Assembly: GCF_006345805.1 (NCBI RefSeq)
Contig: NC_042997.1
Span: forward strand, 152,334,001-152,398,000
Direction: 5' to 3'
Length of the DNA: 64,000 nt
From: Octopus sinensis
Taxonomy: Eukaryota
Shown: in pieces, positions 53,170-64,000 of the stretch
Layout: each line of letters begins with the position of its first letter
Numbering within the stretch: the stretch's first letter is position 1
Made by a program: the position numbers and the translations under genes
Notes under the pieces: generated by a model
What the model was told of the DNA's origin: nothing
Database searches by the model: none
What the model saw: the letters and a program-made list of their open reading frames with translations, nothing else

Positions 53170-53703
53170 GAATGAGAGAGCAGTGCATGCTATCAAGGTG
53201 ACACTGGGGTAAAATATATGAAGCCCAGTATACCCATCTGACAAGGGTATACCAGGCACATGCATCACAGCCATATGAGCACAGCATGGTGATTTCATAT
53301 GAAGATAAACAGTGCATGACCTAGCAGGTGGGGCCCAATTAGAATTTTCTTCAGGTCAGGTAGCCCATCATACTCAAATGAACCCCGAATAAGGTTTGTT
53401 TAAGGATGATAAATGAAACATCCATGTTTCCAGAGGTGAATTATTCAAACTCCAAAGAATTTCTCTCAACACATGGTTATGATGCTTCTCCACTACTTCT
53501 GCTTGTGATCAGAGATGCACATATCGTCAACCACTAAGGGAACATGTTCAGCTGGTTATGGTCAAACAACTGACTAGCAAATCTGTGGTATTGAGCAGAA
53601 TATTTGCTGTAACCCATCTTTTATACCAAAACAAAACATGTACATGATAACACTTCCAGTCAGTTAAGATCAGAAGCCACGAGAGCCAGTACTGCATTAG
53701 GGC
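53170..53703. mobile_element. Unclassified interspersed repeat associated with (ATT)n
   Basis: Second copy at 54382-54725; partial inverted copy at 46390-46560. Confidence 0.65.
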
Positions 53704-56249
53704 AGGCAGATTCATTAGCATGTTGGACAAAATGCTTAGTGGTATTACACCTGTCACTCTATTCTGAGTTCAAATTCTGCCGAGGTCAACTTTGCCTTTC
53801 ATCCTCTTAGGGTCAATGAAAGTAAGTACCAGTTGAAAACTGGGGTCGATGTAACCGACTCATCCCCATCCCCCAAATTACTGTCCTTGTGGTAAAATTT
53901 GAAATTATTATTATTATTATTATTATTAAAAGTGGCAAGCTGGTAGAATTGTTAGCATGCTGGATGAAATGCTTAGCGGTATTTCATCTGCCACTGTGTT
54001 CTGAGTTCAAATTTTGCTGAGGTCAGCTTTGCCTTTCATACTTTTGGAGTCAATAAATTAAGTACCAGTGGAACACTGGGGTTGATGTAATTGATTAGTC
54101 CCTCCCCCAAAATTTCAGTCCTTGTGCCTATAGTAGAAAGGATTGTTGTTGTTGATGTGATGAAAACTCACAGCTTATTTTTCTGGCTATGATGGTAAGT
54201 GTCAGCTGTCTACAGCCAGCAGACTAAGGTGACACTTGTTTACTGGTCATGCTTCAAGAACCCTGCAAAGAATTCTTGCAGTTCCAAGCAATGCTGATTC
54301 TTGTAGGGGTTCTACCTCCTCCTCTTCCTCCTCTTCCTCCTCCTCCTCCTCATCATCATCATCATCATCATTATCATTATTTAGTGAGAGAGCAGTGCAT
54401 GCCATCAAAGTGACATTAGGGTAAAATATATGAAGTCCAGTATACCCATCATGACTACCCCTCTGATAAGGGTCTACCAGGCTCATGAATCACAACCATA
54501 TGTGTGCGACATGATGACCTCATATCAAGATAAACAGCACATGACCTTGCAGGTGGGGGCCCAGTTAGAATTTTCATCAGTTCAAGTAGCCTATCCCACT
54601 CAAAAGTTCCCTGAATAAGGGTTGTTTAAGGATGTTGAACGAAACACCTATGTTTCCAGAGGTGAATTATTCAAACCCCAAAGAATTCCTCTCAACATGT
54701 GGCTATGATGCTTCTCCATTACTTCAGGTAATGTCAATTTGACGGAGGGAGTGAACTAATGTACGGCACATACATTCGATCACTATGAACAAATCATTTG
54801 TGCAGGTTGTTTGGCAAAAAAGCTGAGCACTCATACATCGTCTTCAATGGAAGAGTCCATCTAGTGGTGAATATGAAAATTTCTATTTGAAATGCTTTCT
54901 AGTTTCTAATTGCCATATGAGTTCAATTCCACCCACTGTAAATTTTACATTTCATCCTTTGAAGGTTAAAATAATGCATCAGTTAATTACAAGCTCTCGT
55001 GCTGGCTCCCGTGCTGGTGGCACATAAAAAGCACCGTCCAAACTTGGCCAATGCCAGTGCCCCGACTGGTTCCCTTGCTGGTGGCATGAAAAAACCACTA
55101 TCTGAATGTGACTGATGCCAGGTTCGCCTGACTGACTTTTGTTCCGGTGGCGTGTAAAAGCACCCACTACACTCAGAGTGGTTGGTGTCAGGAAGGGCAT
55201 CCAGCTGTAGAAACATTGCTAGATCATATTGGGGCCTGATGCAGTTGCTGGCTCTCCAGACGTCAGTCAAACTGTCTGATCCATGCCAGTATGGAAATCA
55301 GATGTGAAACGATGATGATGATGAGTTCATGAATGGTAAACATTGTTAAATAATAGCATTGTAAACTGAAGATTTCTAATGGACTGGTTACAGCTTTATT
55401 ACATTTCTAACAGTGAGAGTGACAAGGGAGTATCTGTAAGCTGGTGCAGAACAAATATCCCGACTCAGTAACTCAGTGGACTTTGAAAAGCACCTGTTTT
55501 TTTGGCCAACATTTGTATCTGCCAACTTTGTGTGAAACACAAACACACATGTATGTTGTTGCCAATATGGCTGTGTGGTTTGAAATTACGTGGCTTCATG
55601 TTCACTGCAGATGGCTGGTAAGCTAGCTGGCTGGCTGATTGGCTGATTGGCTGGTTGGCTGGCTGGCTGGCTGGTTAGCTGAGTAGTCAGCTGGCTGGCT
55701 GGCTAGATGGATGGATTATTTATTTACTATTTTATGTTTTTATGTTTATGTTTATGTTTTCCAGTTTCAGCTCTTGAGCTGTGGCCATGCTGGGGCACCG
55801 CCATTTAAAAATTATCTGTCAGAAGTGGGATTTTCTTTGTGTTTATTAGAATACTTTTGAGAAGCTCGGAACTAGTTTCTAACAAAAACAAAGAAGTTCC
55901 ATTCCTGAAATTTAGATAAAAATAATGACTATTAATTACATGTTGTACTGTAAAATATATTGTATATTGCTATTGTTCCATTTACAGATTGTATCTGCAA
56001 AGCACATACTTCAGGTATCTTTCCTTGCCTGAAAATTTAAGTTTTTCCGGATTGTCACTTAGACAATATTAATGTAACCTAGTTCACCAATAATTATTTG
56101 TATAAATATGAATTTATAATCAGAATAAAGCAGCTGCAGATTTCAAAGTAGTTGTCTATATATATTCTCCTTCTTGCTGAATTTGGTAGAGATTTTCATA
56201 TCTACAAAGCAGCTAACTTCTATGACTATATATACATTATACACATATA

Positions 56250-56406
56250 TAGGCACAGGAGTAGCTTGCTTACCAACCACATGGTTCCGGGTTCAGTCCC
56301 ACTGCATGGCATCTTGGGCAAGTGTCTTCTGCTATAGCCCCGGGCCAACCAATGCCTTGTGAGTGGATTTGGTAGACGGAAACAGAAAGAAGCCTGTCGT
56401 AATATG

Positions 56407-56437
<31 letters not shown>

Positions 56438-56648
56438 ATATGTTTGTGTGTCTATGTTTGTCCCCCTAGCATTGCTTGACAACCGATGCTGGTGTGTTTA
56501 CGTCCCCGTCACTTAGCGGTTTGGCAAAAGAGACCGATAGAATAAGTACTGGGCTTACAAAGAATAAGTCCCGGGGTCGATTTGCTCGACTAAAGGCTCC
56601 AGCATGGCCACAGTCAAATGACTGAAACAAGTAAAAGAGTAAAAAGAG
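56250..56648 (+). mobile_element. SINE family A, same subfamily as 52308-52738
   Basis: Shares the variants CCCCGTCACTTAGC, ACTGGGCTT and TAGCATTGC. Confidence 0.85.
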
Positions 56649-56653
56649 AATAT

Positions 56654-56686
<33 letters not shown>

Positions 56687-57324
56687 CCTACATATATTAT
56701 CATCATCATCATCGTCATATATCTGTTTTCCATGCTGGCACGGGTTGGACGGTCTCTTAGAACTGGTAAGCCAGGGAGCTGCACCAGGTTCCAGTCAGAT
56801 TTGAGATGGTTTTTACTGTTGGATGCCCTTCTTAACAGCAACCACTCTAAAAGTGTAGCAGGTGCTTTTTTCATGCCACTGGCATGGGTACCAGATAGAT
56901 GACACCGGCATCAACCAATACTGCGATTTCACTTGGTTTGACAGGTCTTCTGAAACACAACATATTGCCCAAAGTTCAAAGGGTATTTTTTATGTGCCAG
57001 TTAAGCAACACTGGCATTAGCCATGACTAGGATCTCACTTGGTCTGACAGGTTTTCTCAAGCGTGGCATATCGCCAAAGGTCTCAGTCACTTGTCATTGC
57101 CTCTGAAAGGCCCAACATTTGAAGATCATGCTTCCCCACCTCATTCCATGTCTTCCTGGGTGTCACAAGTTCCCTCCACTGTTAGAGCATGGCACTTCTT
57201 CACACAGCTGTCCTCCTCCATGCACATCATATGACCATACCAGTGCAGTTGTCTCTCTTGTACACCACATCTGATGTCTCTTATGCCCAACTTTTCTCTT
57301 AGGGTGCTTACACACACTCTCTCT

Positions 57325-59205
57325 CATCATCATCATCATTATCATCATCATCATCGTTTAATGTCCGTTTTCCATGCTGGAATGGGTTGGACGGTTTGAC
57401 TGGGGACTGGCAAGCCCGGAGGCTGCACTGGGTTCCAATCTGATCTGACAATGTTTTTACAGCTGGATGCCCTTCCTCATGCCAACCACTCTAATAGTGT
57501 AGTGGGTGCTTTTTATATGCCACTGGCACAGGAGCCAGTCAGAGCGAAGAGGTGGGGCTGGCATCGGCCACGTTTAGATGGTGCTTTTTAAGTGCCACTA
57601 GCACAGGGAGCCAGTCAAGCGACACTGGCATTGACCCACACATGAATGGTGCTTATTATGTGCCACCAGCACGGGTGCCAGTCAGGTGGCACTGGCATTG
57701 GCCACAATACAATTTCCATTTTAATTTCAATTTTATTGAGATTCTGATTGTGATTTTGATTTTACTTGACTCAATATGTCTTCTCAAGTATGGCGTGTCA
57801 CCCGATGATTCAAAGATACTTTACAAATGGGCTAGTTATCTGACACTGGTATAGGCTATGGCTGTGATCTCACTTTCCTTGATGAATCTTCTCAATCACC
57901 ACATATCTCCAAAGGTCTTGGTCTCTCGTCATTGCCTCTGTGAGGCCTAATGTTTGGAGGTAGTGCTTCACCACCTCATCCCATGTCTTCCTGGGTCTCC
58001 CTCTTCTACTTGTTCCTTCCACTGTTAGGGAGTGACACTTCTTCCCACAGCTCTCCTCATTCATACATATCACATGCCCATACCAGCATAGTCGTCTCTC
58101 TTGCACACTACATTTGATAGTTCTTATGTCTAACATTTCTCTCATGGCACTTACCATCTGTTGTGTGTGCATTGACATTACACATGCAGCGGATCATACT
58201 AACTTCATTTCTTTCAAGCATACATATGTCCTCAGCAGTCATGGCCCATGTTTCACTGCCATATAGCATAGCTGTTCGCACACATGCATCATACAGTTTA
58301 TCTTTCACTCTGAGCGTGAGGCTCTCTGTCACCAGCAGAGGTAGGAGCTTTCTGGACTTTGCCCAGGCTATTCTTATTCTAGTGGCAAGACTCTCAGAGC
58401 ATCCTCCCCCACTACAGAGTTGGTCACCTAGTAGTGGAAGCCATCAAATACTTCTAGTTTCTCCCTCTAGCATGTGATGGAATCTGTTTTCTGAACATCT
58501 TAGATGTTTATGCTCCAGTGCATCTAACACGCAAAACAATCTTCTCAGTTAACATTCTTTTGATGTTGCTGCACCTCTTATGCATCCATAGCTTACACTG
58601 GGTACATCTTATGGAGTTGCTACCTACACCTTTTCTACAGATTGTGCAGTTCCATCTATCTGAAGGGTTTTGTGATTGTTCGCCTTCCTACTTACTAGGA
58701 CTTTGGTTTTTGCTACATTGACTCTAAGGCCCTTTGATTCTAGACCTTGTTTCCACGTTTGAAATTTCTTCTCTAGTTCTGGTAGTGATTCAGCTATGAG
58801 AGCGAGGTCACCAGCATAGAGGAGCTCCTGAGGGCAGCTGTCTTGAATTCCTCTATTATTGCCTGGACTATGCTGGACTATGGGTGGACAATGATGAATA
58901 AGAGGGTGCTGAGGGCTGATCCTTGGCAGTAAATCTCTGAACTTTGCCCAGCGCTTTCTTATTCTAGCAGCTATGCTTTCAGAACAACCTCCACCACTAA
59001 CTTGCTCAGCTAAGTAATGGAAACTACCTACTACTTCTAAGGATCTCCCCTGGCATTTGAAGGAGTTTATTTTTGTACATTCCTTGTGTTTAATGTACCT
59101 GCACATCTGTCACATGTAAAGACTATTTTCTCTCTTAATCATCCAGTGATACTGCTGCACTTTTTATGTGTCCATAGCTTGCACTGCGCATACCTTATGC
59201 TGTTT
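57325..59205 (-). mobile_element. Decayed, rearranged RTE-clade LINE (RT, PHD-like finger, C-terminus, tandem-unit 3' UTR, (GAT)n tail)
   Basis: ELLYAGDLALIAES...GLRVNVAKTK, MLYGSETW, RRLCWYGHV and RGRPRKTW motifs across ORFs 57870-59106. Confidence 0.88.
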
Positions 59206-59217
59206 CTATGCTGTTTC

Positions 59218-59880
59218 TAGACGCGTGCTAATACCCAGAAGGGCTCGATATGAATCACGACTATAAGATACCAGGTTTTGGTTACACTGCACCGCAAAAT
59301 GTGGGAGTAGTTAGGAATCTAAATCGTAGGAGACAAACACACAACCTTACTTTTATATATAAAGATTTGTGCAACAACTAAAACATTCGGTTGTGCAAAT
59401 TGTTTGCACAGGAAACCTGCCCTGTGTGGCGGTAATTGCCGTTTTTGTGGATCTGTTTCAGCTTTTTTAGCGATTTCTGTTTTGGCAACTTCAAGCCATG
59501 AAGTTGTTGTTCTAAAAGAACGCTGGTCTCCTAGACGACGCATTACGACGTTGATTTCCTTACACTCCCTTCCTCGCAGTTTCACGAGGGAGGGAAGAAG
59601 GGGGAGAAGCAAACAGGTGCAGGTGTGAGCGTGGACGCCAACTCCGCCGCCATCGACACACGAAAAATTATGCATTAAAATGGAATAAAAAATGATGTTA
59701 AATTATTTTTAAAATCGTAGACTCATCGTAGACGCGCGCTAATACTCAGACGGGCTCGATATGAATCACGACTATAAGATACCCGAATTTGGTTAAACTG
59801 CACTGCAAAATGTGGGAATAGTTAGGAATCTAAATCGAAGGGGACAGACACTCACACAACTACAGTTTTATATATATAGA
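59218..59880 (-). mobile_element. Helitron-like 5' ends in tandem (two ~150-bp direct repeats)
   Basis: 59218-59365 resembles 59729-59880; each begins A|TC(T/TA)TATATATAAAA..GTTGTGTG on the minus strand. Confidence 0.6.
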
Positions 59881-61126
59881 TATATATATATATACATGCT
59901 GATATTAGTCTGTGAAAACGAGTGCTCAGTGCCACATTGGTGGATAAATATTCTTTATTTGTTGGTTAACATACCATGTGGCAAGCTAGATAATTGCTGA
60001 GAATTCTAAACCTGAAACTAATGGTAACCTTGTTAACCAACAAACAATGTATGTTTGTATGTGTGTGTGTGTGAGTATTCAAAGAGAGAGAGAGAAGAAA
60101 GAATTGATTCTTCCACCAGTACATGACTGTCTCTATTTGTCAGCCCTTGAAGGAAAAAGACAAAGTTGATTTCAACATGATTTGAACTTGGTGTGCAGAG
60201 TCAGAGCAAATACCACTAGATATTGCATTTTAAGCTCTAATGACTGCTAGTTTGTCACCTTATCCATCTGGAGCAAACCATATTTCTTTTCCAACCTATT
60301 TCCTCATATGCTATGAACATTCACAATATTAATGTGAGAAATGTCAAACTGTATAATACAGAATCACATTCTGCCAATTATCAAATGAAATGCTTTCAAC
60401 TATGAATTTAGTTAATAATGCCTTTGGGAATTAATGTTTAGTCTAGCCATTGAAAAATTCTAGAGTGTACAAATGATTTTTTAATTTTTTTTTTATTGCT
60501 TTTCATTGTCATTTACCAGCTTTGTTGCTATTTTTATGTTAAGAAAACATTAATTTAATATTCGGTGTTGAAAGTATTTCTTGCCAGTCATTCAAAAAAT
60601 CCAGACTCAAAGCACAAGTGTGTGTTTGTGTAAAGGTCTGTGTTTATGCGCATATGTTTGTGTGTGTGTGTGTGTGTGTAGGAATAAAGGAATGGAGAAA
60701 GTTATTGTTTTACTTTAAATGACACAAGAATAGTTTGCGGCATTGTAACCCATGGTCACTTGTAACTGATTAAAATTATGATTAAGAGTATACATGCTAT
60801 GACAAACTTGTCTTCCTAAACATTGTATATCTAATTCTACATTTTACAGCATGCCCTGCCCTTTTATAAGATGCTAGAGTGTCATTTGAAGGTGACTTGG
60901 TTGCAATTACCAGCAGATCAAGTGACCACATTGTGACTTCCTCAAAAATTGAGTGATAAAATACTGGAACTTTAGTTTGTGAGAGATTGGGAGATTAATA
61001 GATGGGATGGAGAATGAGATGACTAAAGACAAATGAAGTACAGTTTTTTTTTGAGATACTGTGGTTGCCTCATTTCACGAGTATATAGTATATAGTATAT
61101 ATGAATATCTTTATTTAACATTTCAG

Positions 61127-61197
61127 TTTGAAGCTGAAGGAAGCAGTGGTCTCATTCTTGCCCTATACTCAGCAATCTTATCGCGGTCTGTGCAAAA
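61127..61197 (+). CDS. MINDY4: MINDY4 exon (FEAEGSSGLILALYSAILSRSVQ); gene continues beyond the window
   Basis: tttcag| acceptor and AA|gtaagt donor; 71 nt, phase 0-2. FE....G.IL...SAILSRS motif. Confidence 0.92.
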
Positions 61198-61359
61198 GTA
61201 AGTGTACTTTACTTTCCATCAAGCTCTGTCTAAATGACTACTTACATTTTAGTGATTATGATAGCATGATTAAGATACTGAATTAATTACCACAAGATAA
61301 TGAGTCCAAAACTGAACTTTATGTTACATTTATTGTTGTTCTTGTTTTTATAGCTTTCA

Positions 61360-61848
61360 TCAAGTTGAAATCAAAATCAAATTTGATGACTGACATCCGT
61401 GCTAGTGGAGCGCTAAGAGCACCATCCGAGCATGATCGTTGCGTGAGTAACAAGCTGGCCTCTGTGCTGATGGCACGTAAAAAACACCATTCGTGTGTGA
61501 TCGTTACCTGTATCGCCTTACTGGTGCTTGTGCTGGGGGCGCGTGAAAAAACATTTGAGTGAGGTCGTTGCCAGTGCCGCTGGACTGGCTCCTGTACAGG
61601 TGGCACATAAAAGCCACCATTTGAGTGTGGCCGTTGCCAGTACCGTCTAACTGGCCCTCGTGCCAGTGGCACGTAAGAGCACCCACTACACTCTTGGAGT
61701 GGTTGGCGTTAGGAAGGGCATCAAGCTGTAGAAACTTTGCCAGATCAGATTGTAGTCTGGTGCAGCCATCTGGTTCGCCAGACCTCAGTCAAATCGTCCA
61801 ACCCATGCTAGCATGGAAATCGGACGTTAAACGATAATGATGATGATC
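61360..61848 (+). mobile_element. RTE-type 3' UTR with tandem units
   Basis: Inverse orientation of 4537-5110; ends in GGACGTTAAAC(GAT)n. Confidence 0.75.
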
Positions 61849-62724
61849 AAAAGAAGAAGGCAACACTCAGTATTCTTTTTACAGGATCTTCAAGACTGGC
61901 AGAAAAGGAGTAAGGTCTTGAGACCACTAAACCATTCAAGGGTCAAGTGTTGGTTTATTTTTAACCAGGCAACAAATTAAGTCTACTGTCCTCTTGCACA
62001 ATAGCCATTTTGTTTTTCTTACTTCCTGGGTTTTTGGGAAATAGTAGTGTCCTTGGTTTTTGCAAGCATTCCTTAACAGGTAAGAATGATGGCATTGATG
62101 TTCCTTCTGGACTTATTGCAAGTCAACACTTGTGAGAAAGCACTGAACAGGGAGGGCTAAGTTTTTAGGAAAGGATTAGATGTAGGGATTAGTACAAGGC
62201 TTGGAGGATGAACACAGCAAGGATAAGTGACAAAGGCTTGGAAGATGAACTCAGCAAGGACAACAAGTGACAAATGGGTCGAGAATAGGTGAGAAGATGT
62301 AGCATGAGCTCAACCATCTCTGACAAGCAGAGGCCATTACAAGAGTAGTAGTAGAAAAGGCAAAGAATGGATAACAGGTACTTGTGGCCAGAAGCTGGAG
62401 TATGTCTGTAACTTTATGCCAATTAGTCAGGTGGTGCTTTTCTGGATGCAGTCTAGAACGTTTGTGCATGCATCAGCAGCACCATCTCAGATGTTGGAGT
62501 CTTACTTCATTATGGACTTCACCCAAACTTTGTAGTTTGTCACTTGTAGGGAACTGAAGTATCTTCTAGCCCAGATGATCTGGGTCAGTTGCTGGGATGC
62601 AGTCTTAGGTATGTTAAGGATGTGCTTTTGTCAGGAGAGATCCTCACTACTGCAGTCCAACATTTAGAGAGCAATTATAAGGGCTTTAGTTAGCTGCTAC
62701 TCTTCTCATTTAATTTTTTATCTC

Positions 62725-62762
<38 letters not shown>

Positions 62763-64000
62763 GATTATCATTTAACATGTGTTTCTCATGCTGACATGGG
62801 CTAGACAGTTTGACAGGAGCTGGCAAGCCTGAGTAATGCAGCAAACTCTAGTGTGTCTACCTTGGCATAGTTTCTACAGCTGAATGCTCTTCTTAATGTT
62901 AGCCACTATACTGAGTATACTGGGAGCTTTTTACATGGTGCTACTATTTTTTACAAGGTGCTTTTAATGTAGAGTCAGTAAAGTTAGCTGTAACATAAAT
63001 GAAATTCATGATTTTTGGAATATCTGAATACTGCAGGGAGAAGAGGAATATTTGTATAAGAGAGGAAAAATATTTCTCAATAGTTGAATAATTTCTTTCA
63101 TCTCAGGTGATGAGTCTTGAAACATTAGCTTCTTTCTTCTTGTTGCCATGACCTTATCCAAATTTATCCAAGCTCATGAATTTCATAGTATAATGATTAC
63201 CAATGCATAATATTGCCAGTTTCCTTACACTGTGTTTTATACTAGTAACATAATATACTCCCATTCTTCCTTGCAGATGTTTGGACTTCTTTCTATGTAA
63301 GCTGATAGAAATGATAAAATAAGTAATTCAGAGATAGTGCCTCTACATGAAAAATAATTAAGTAGCGTTATCATAATTATTACAAGGATAGTTAAAAAGT
63401 TAACCAGAAATAGTTAAGAAACAAAGAGCAATGTTAATCAATGATTAATATTATTTTCCTAGAACAAGGCAATGAATTGGCAGAATCTTTAGCATGCCAG
63501 GCAAAATACTTGAGTGGTATTTAGTCTGTCTTTATGTTCTGAGTTCAAATTCCTTCAAGGTCGACTTTGCTTTTCATCCTTTCAGGTTCAAGAAAATAAG
63601 CACCAGTCGAGCACTAGGGTCATTGTAAATGACTTACCCACTACCTCAAACTAACTGGCTTTGTGCCAAAAGTTGAAACCATCATTATTATTATTCTTTT
63701 CTACTCTAGGTACAAGGGCCGAAATTTTAGGGAAGGGGGCCAGTTGATTAGATCGACCCCAGTATGTAACTGGTACTTAATTTATCGACCCTGAAAGGAT
63801 GAAAAGCAAAGTTGACCTTGATGGAATTTGAACTCAGAACATAAAGACTTGAAATACCACCAAGCATTTCGCCTGGCATGCTAACGATTCTGCCAGCTCG
63901 CTGCCTTACCATCATTATTATTATTCTTTTCAACTCTAGTCACAAGGCCCAAAATTTTGGTGGAGGGGGCCAGTTGATTAGATCGACCCCAGTATGCAAC

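Overview
AT-rich, repeat-dense eukaryotic DNA, most likely from an octopus (inferred from the SINE, RTE and (TA)n repeat landscape). The whole window lies inside one + strand gene, a MINDY4/FAM188B-family deubiquitinase. I can chain 11 coding exons (1773-61197, 1403 nt) with GT-AG boundaries and matching phases, including the catalytic Q-x-K-G-G-P-C-G motif. The first coding exon and the C-terminal exons lie outside the window. The introns hold tRNA-derived SINEs, RTE, CR1 and R4/Dong-type LINE fragments, TTAA (piggyBac-like), hAT and mariner MITEs, non-autonomous Helitrons, Penelope-like remnants and microsatellites. Most ORF-track entries are microsatellite or repeat artefacts. The main oddities are: an intact but orphan antisense PDAP1 exon; a ~95% identical copy of a MINDY4 splice acceptor plus exon start placed upstream of the preceding exon; a sense-strand minimal hammerhead ribozyme; three fold-back elements between (TA)n tracts; a cluster of local direct and inverted duplications; and a PHD-like finger inside an RTE reverse transcriptase. 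I found no clearly novel multi-gene system. All family assignments come from recall of motifs, not from database searches.
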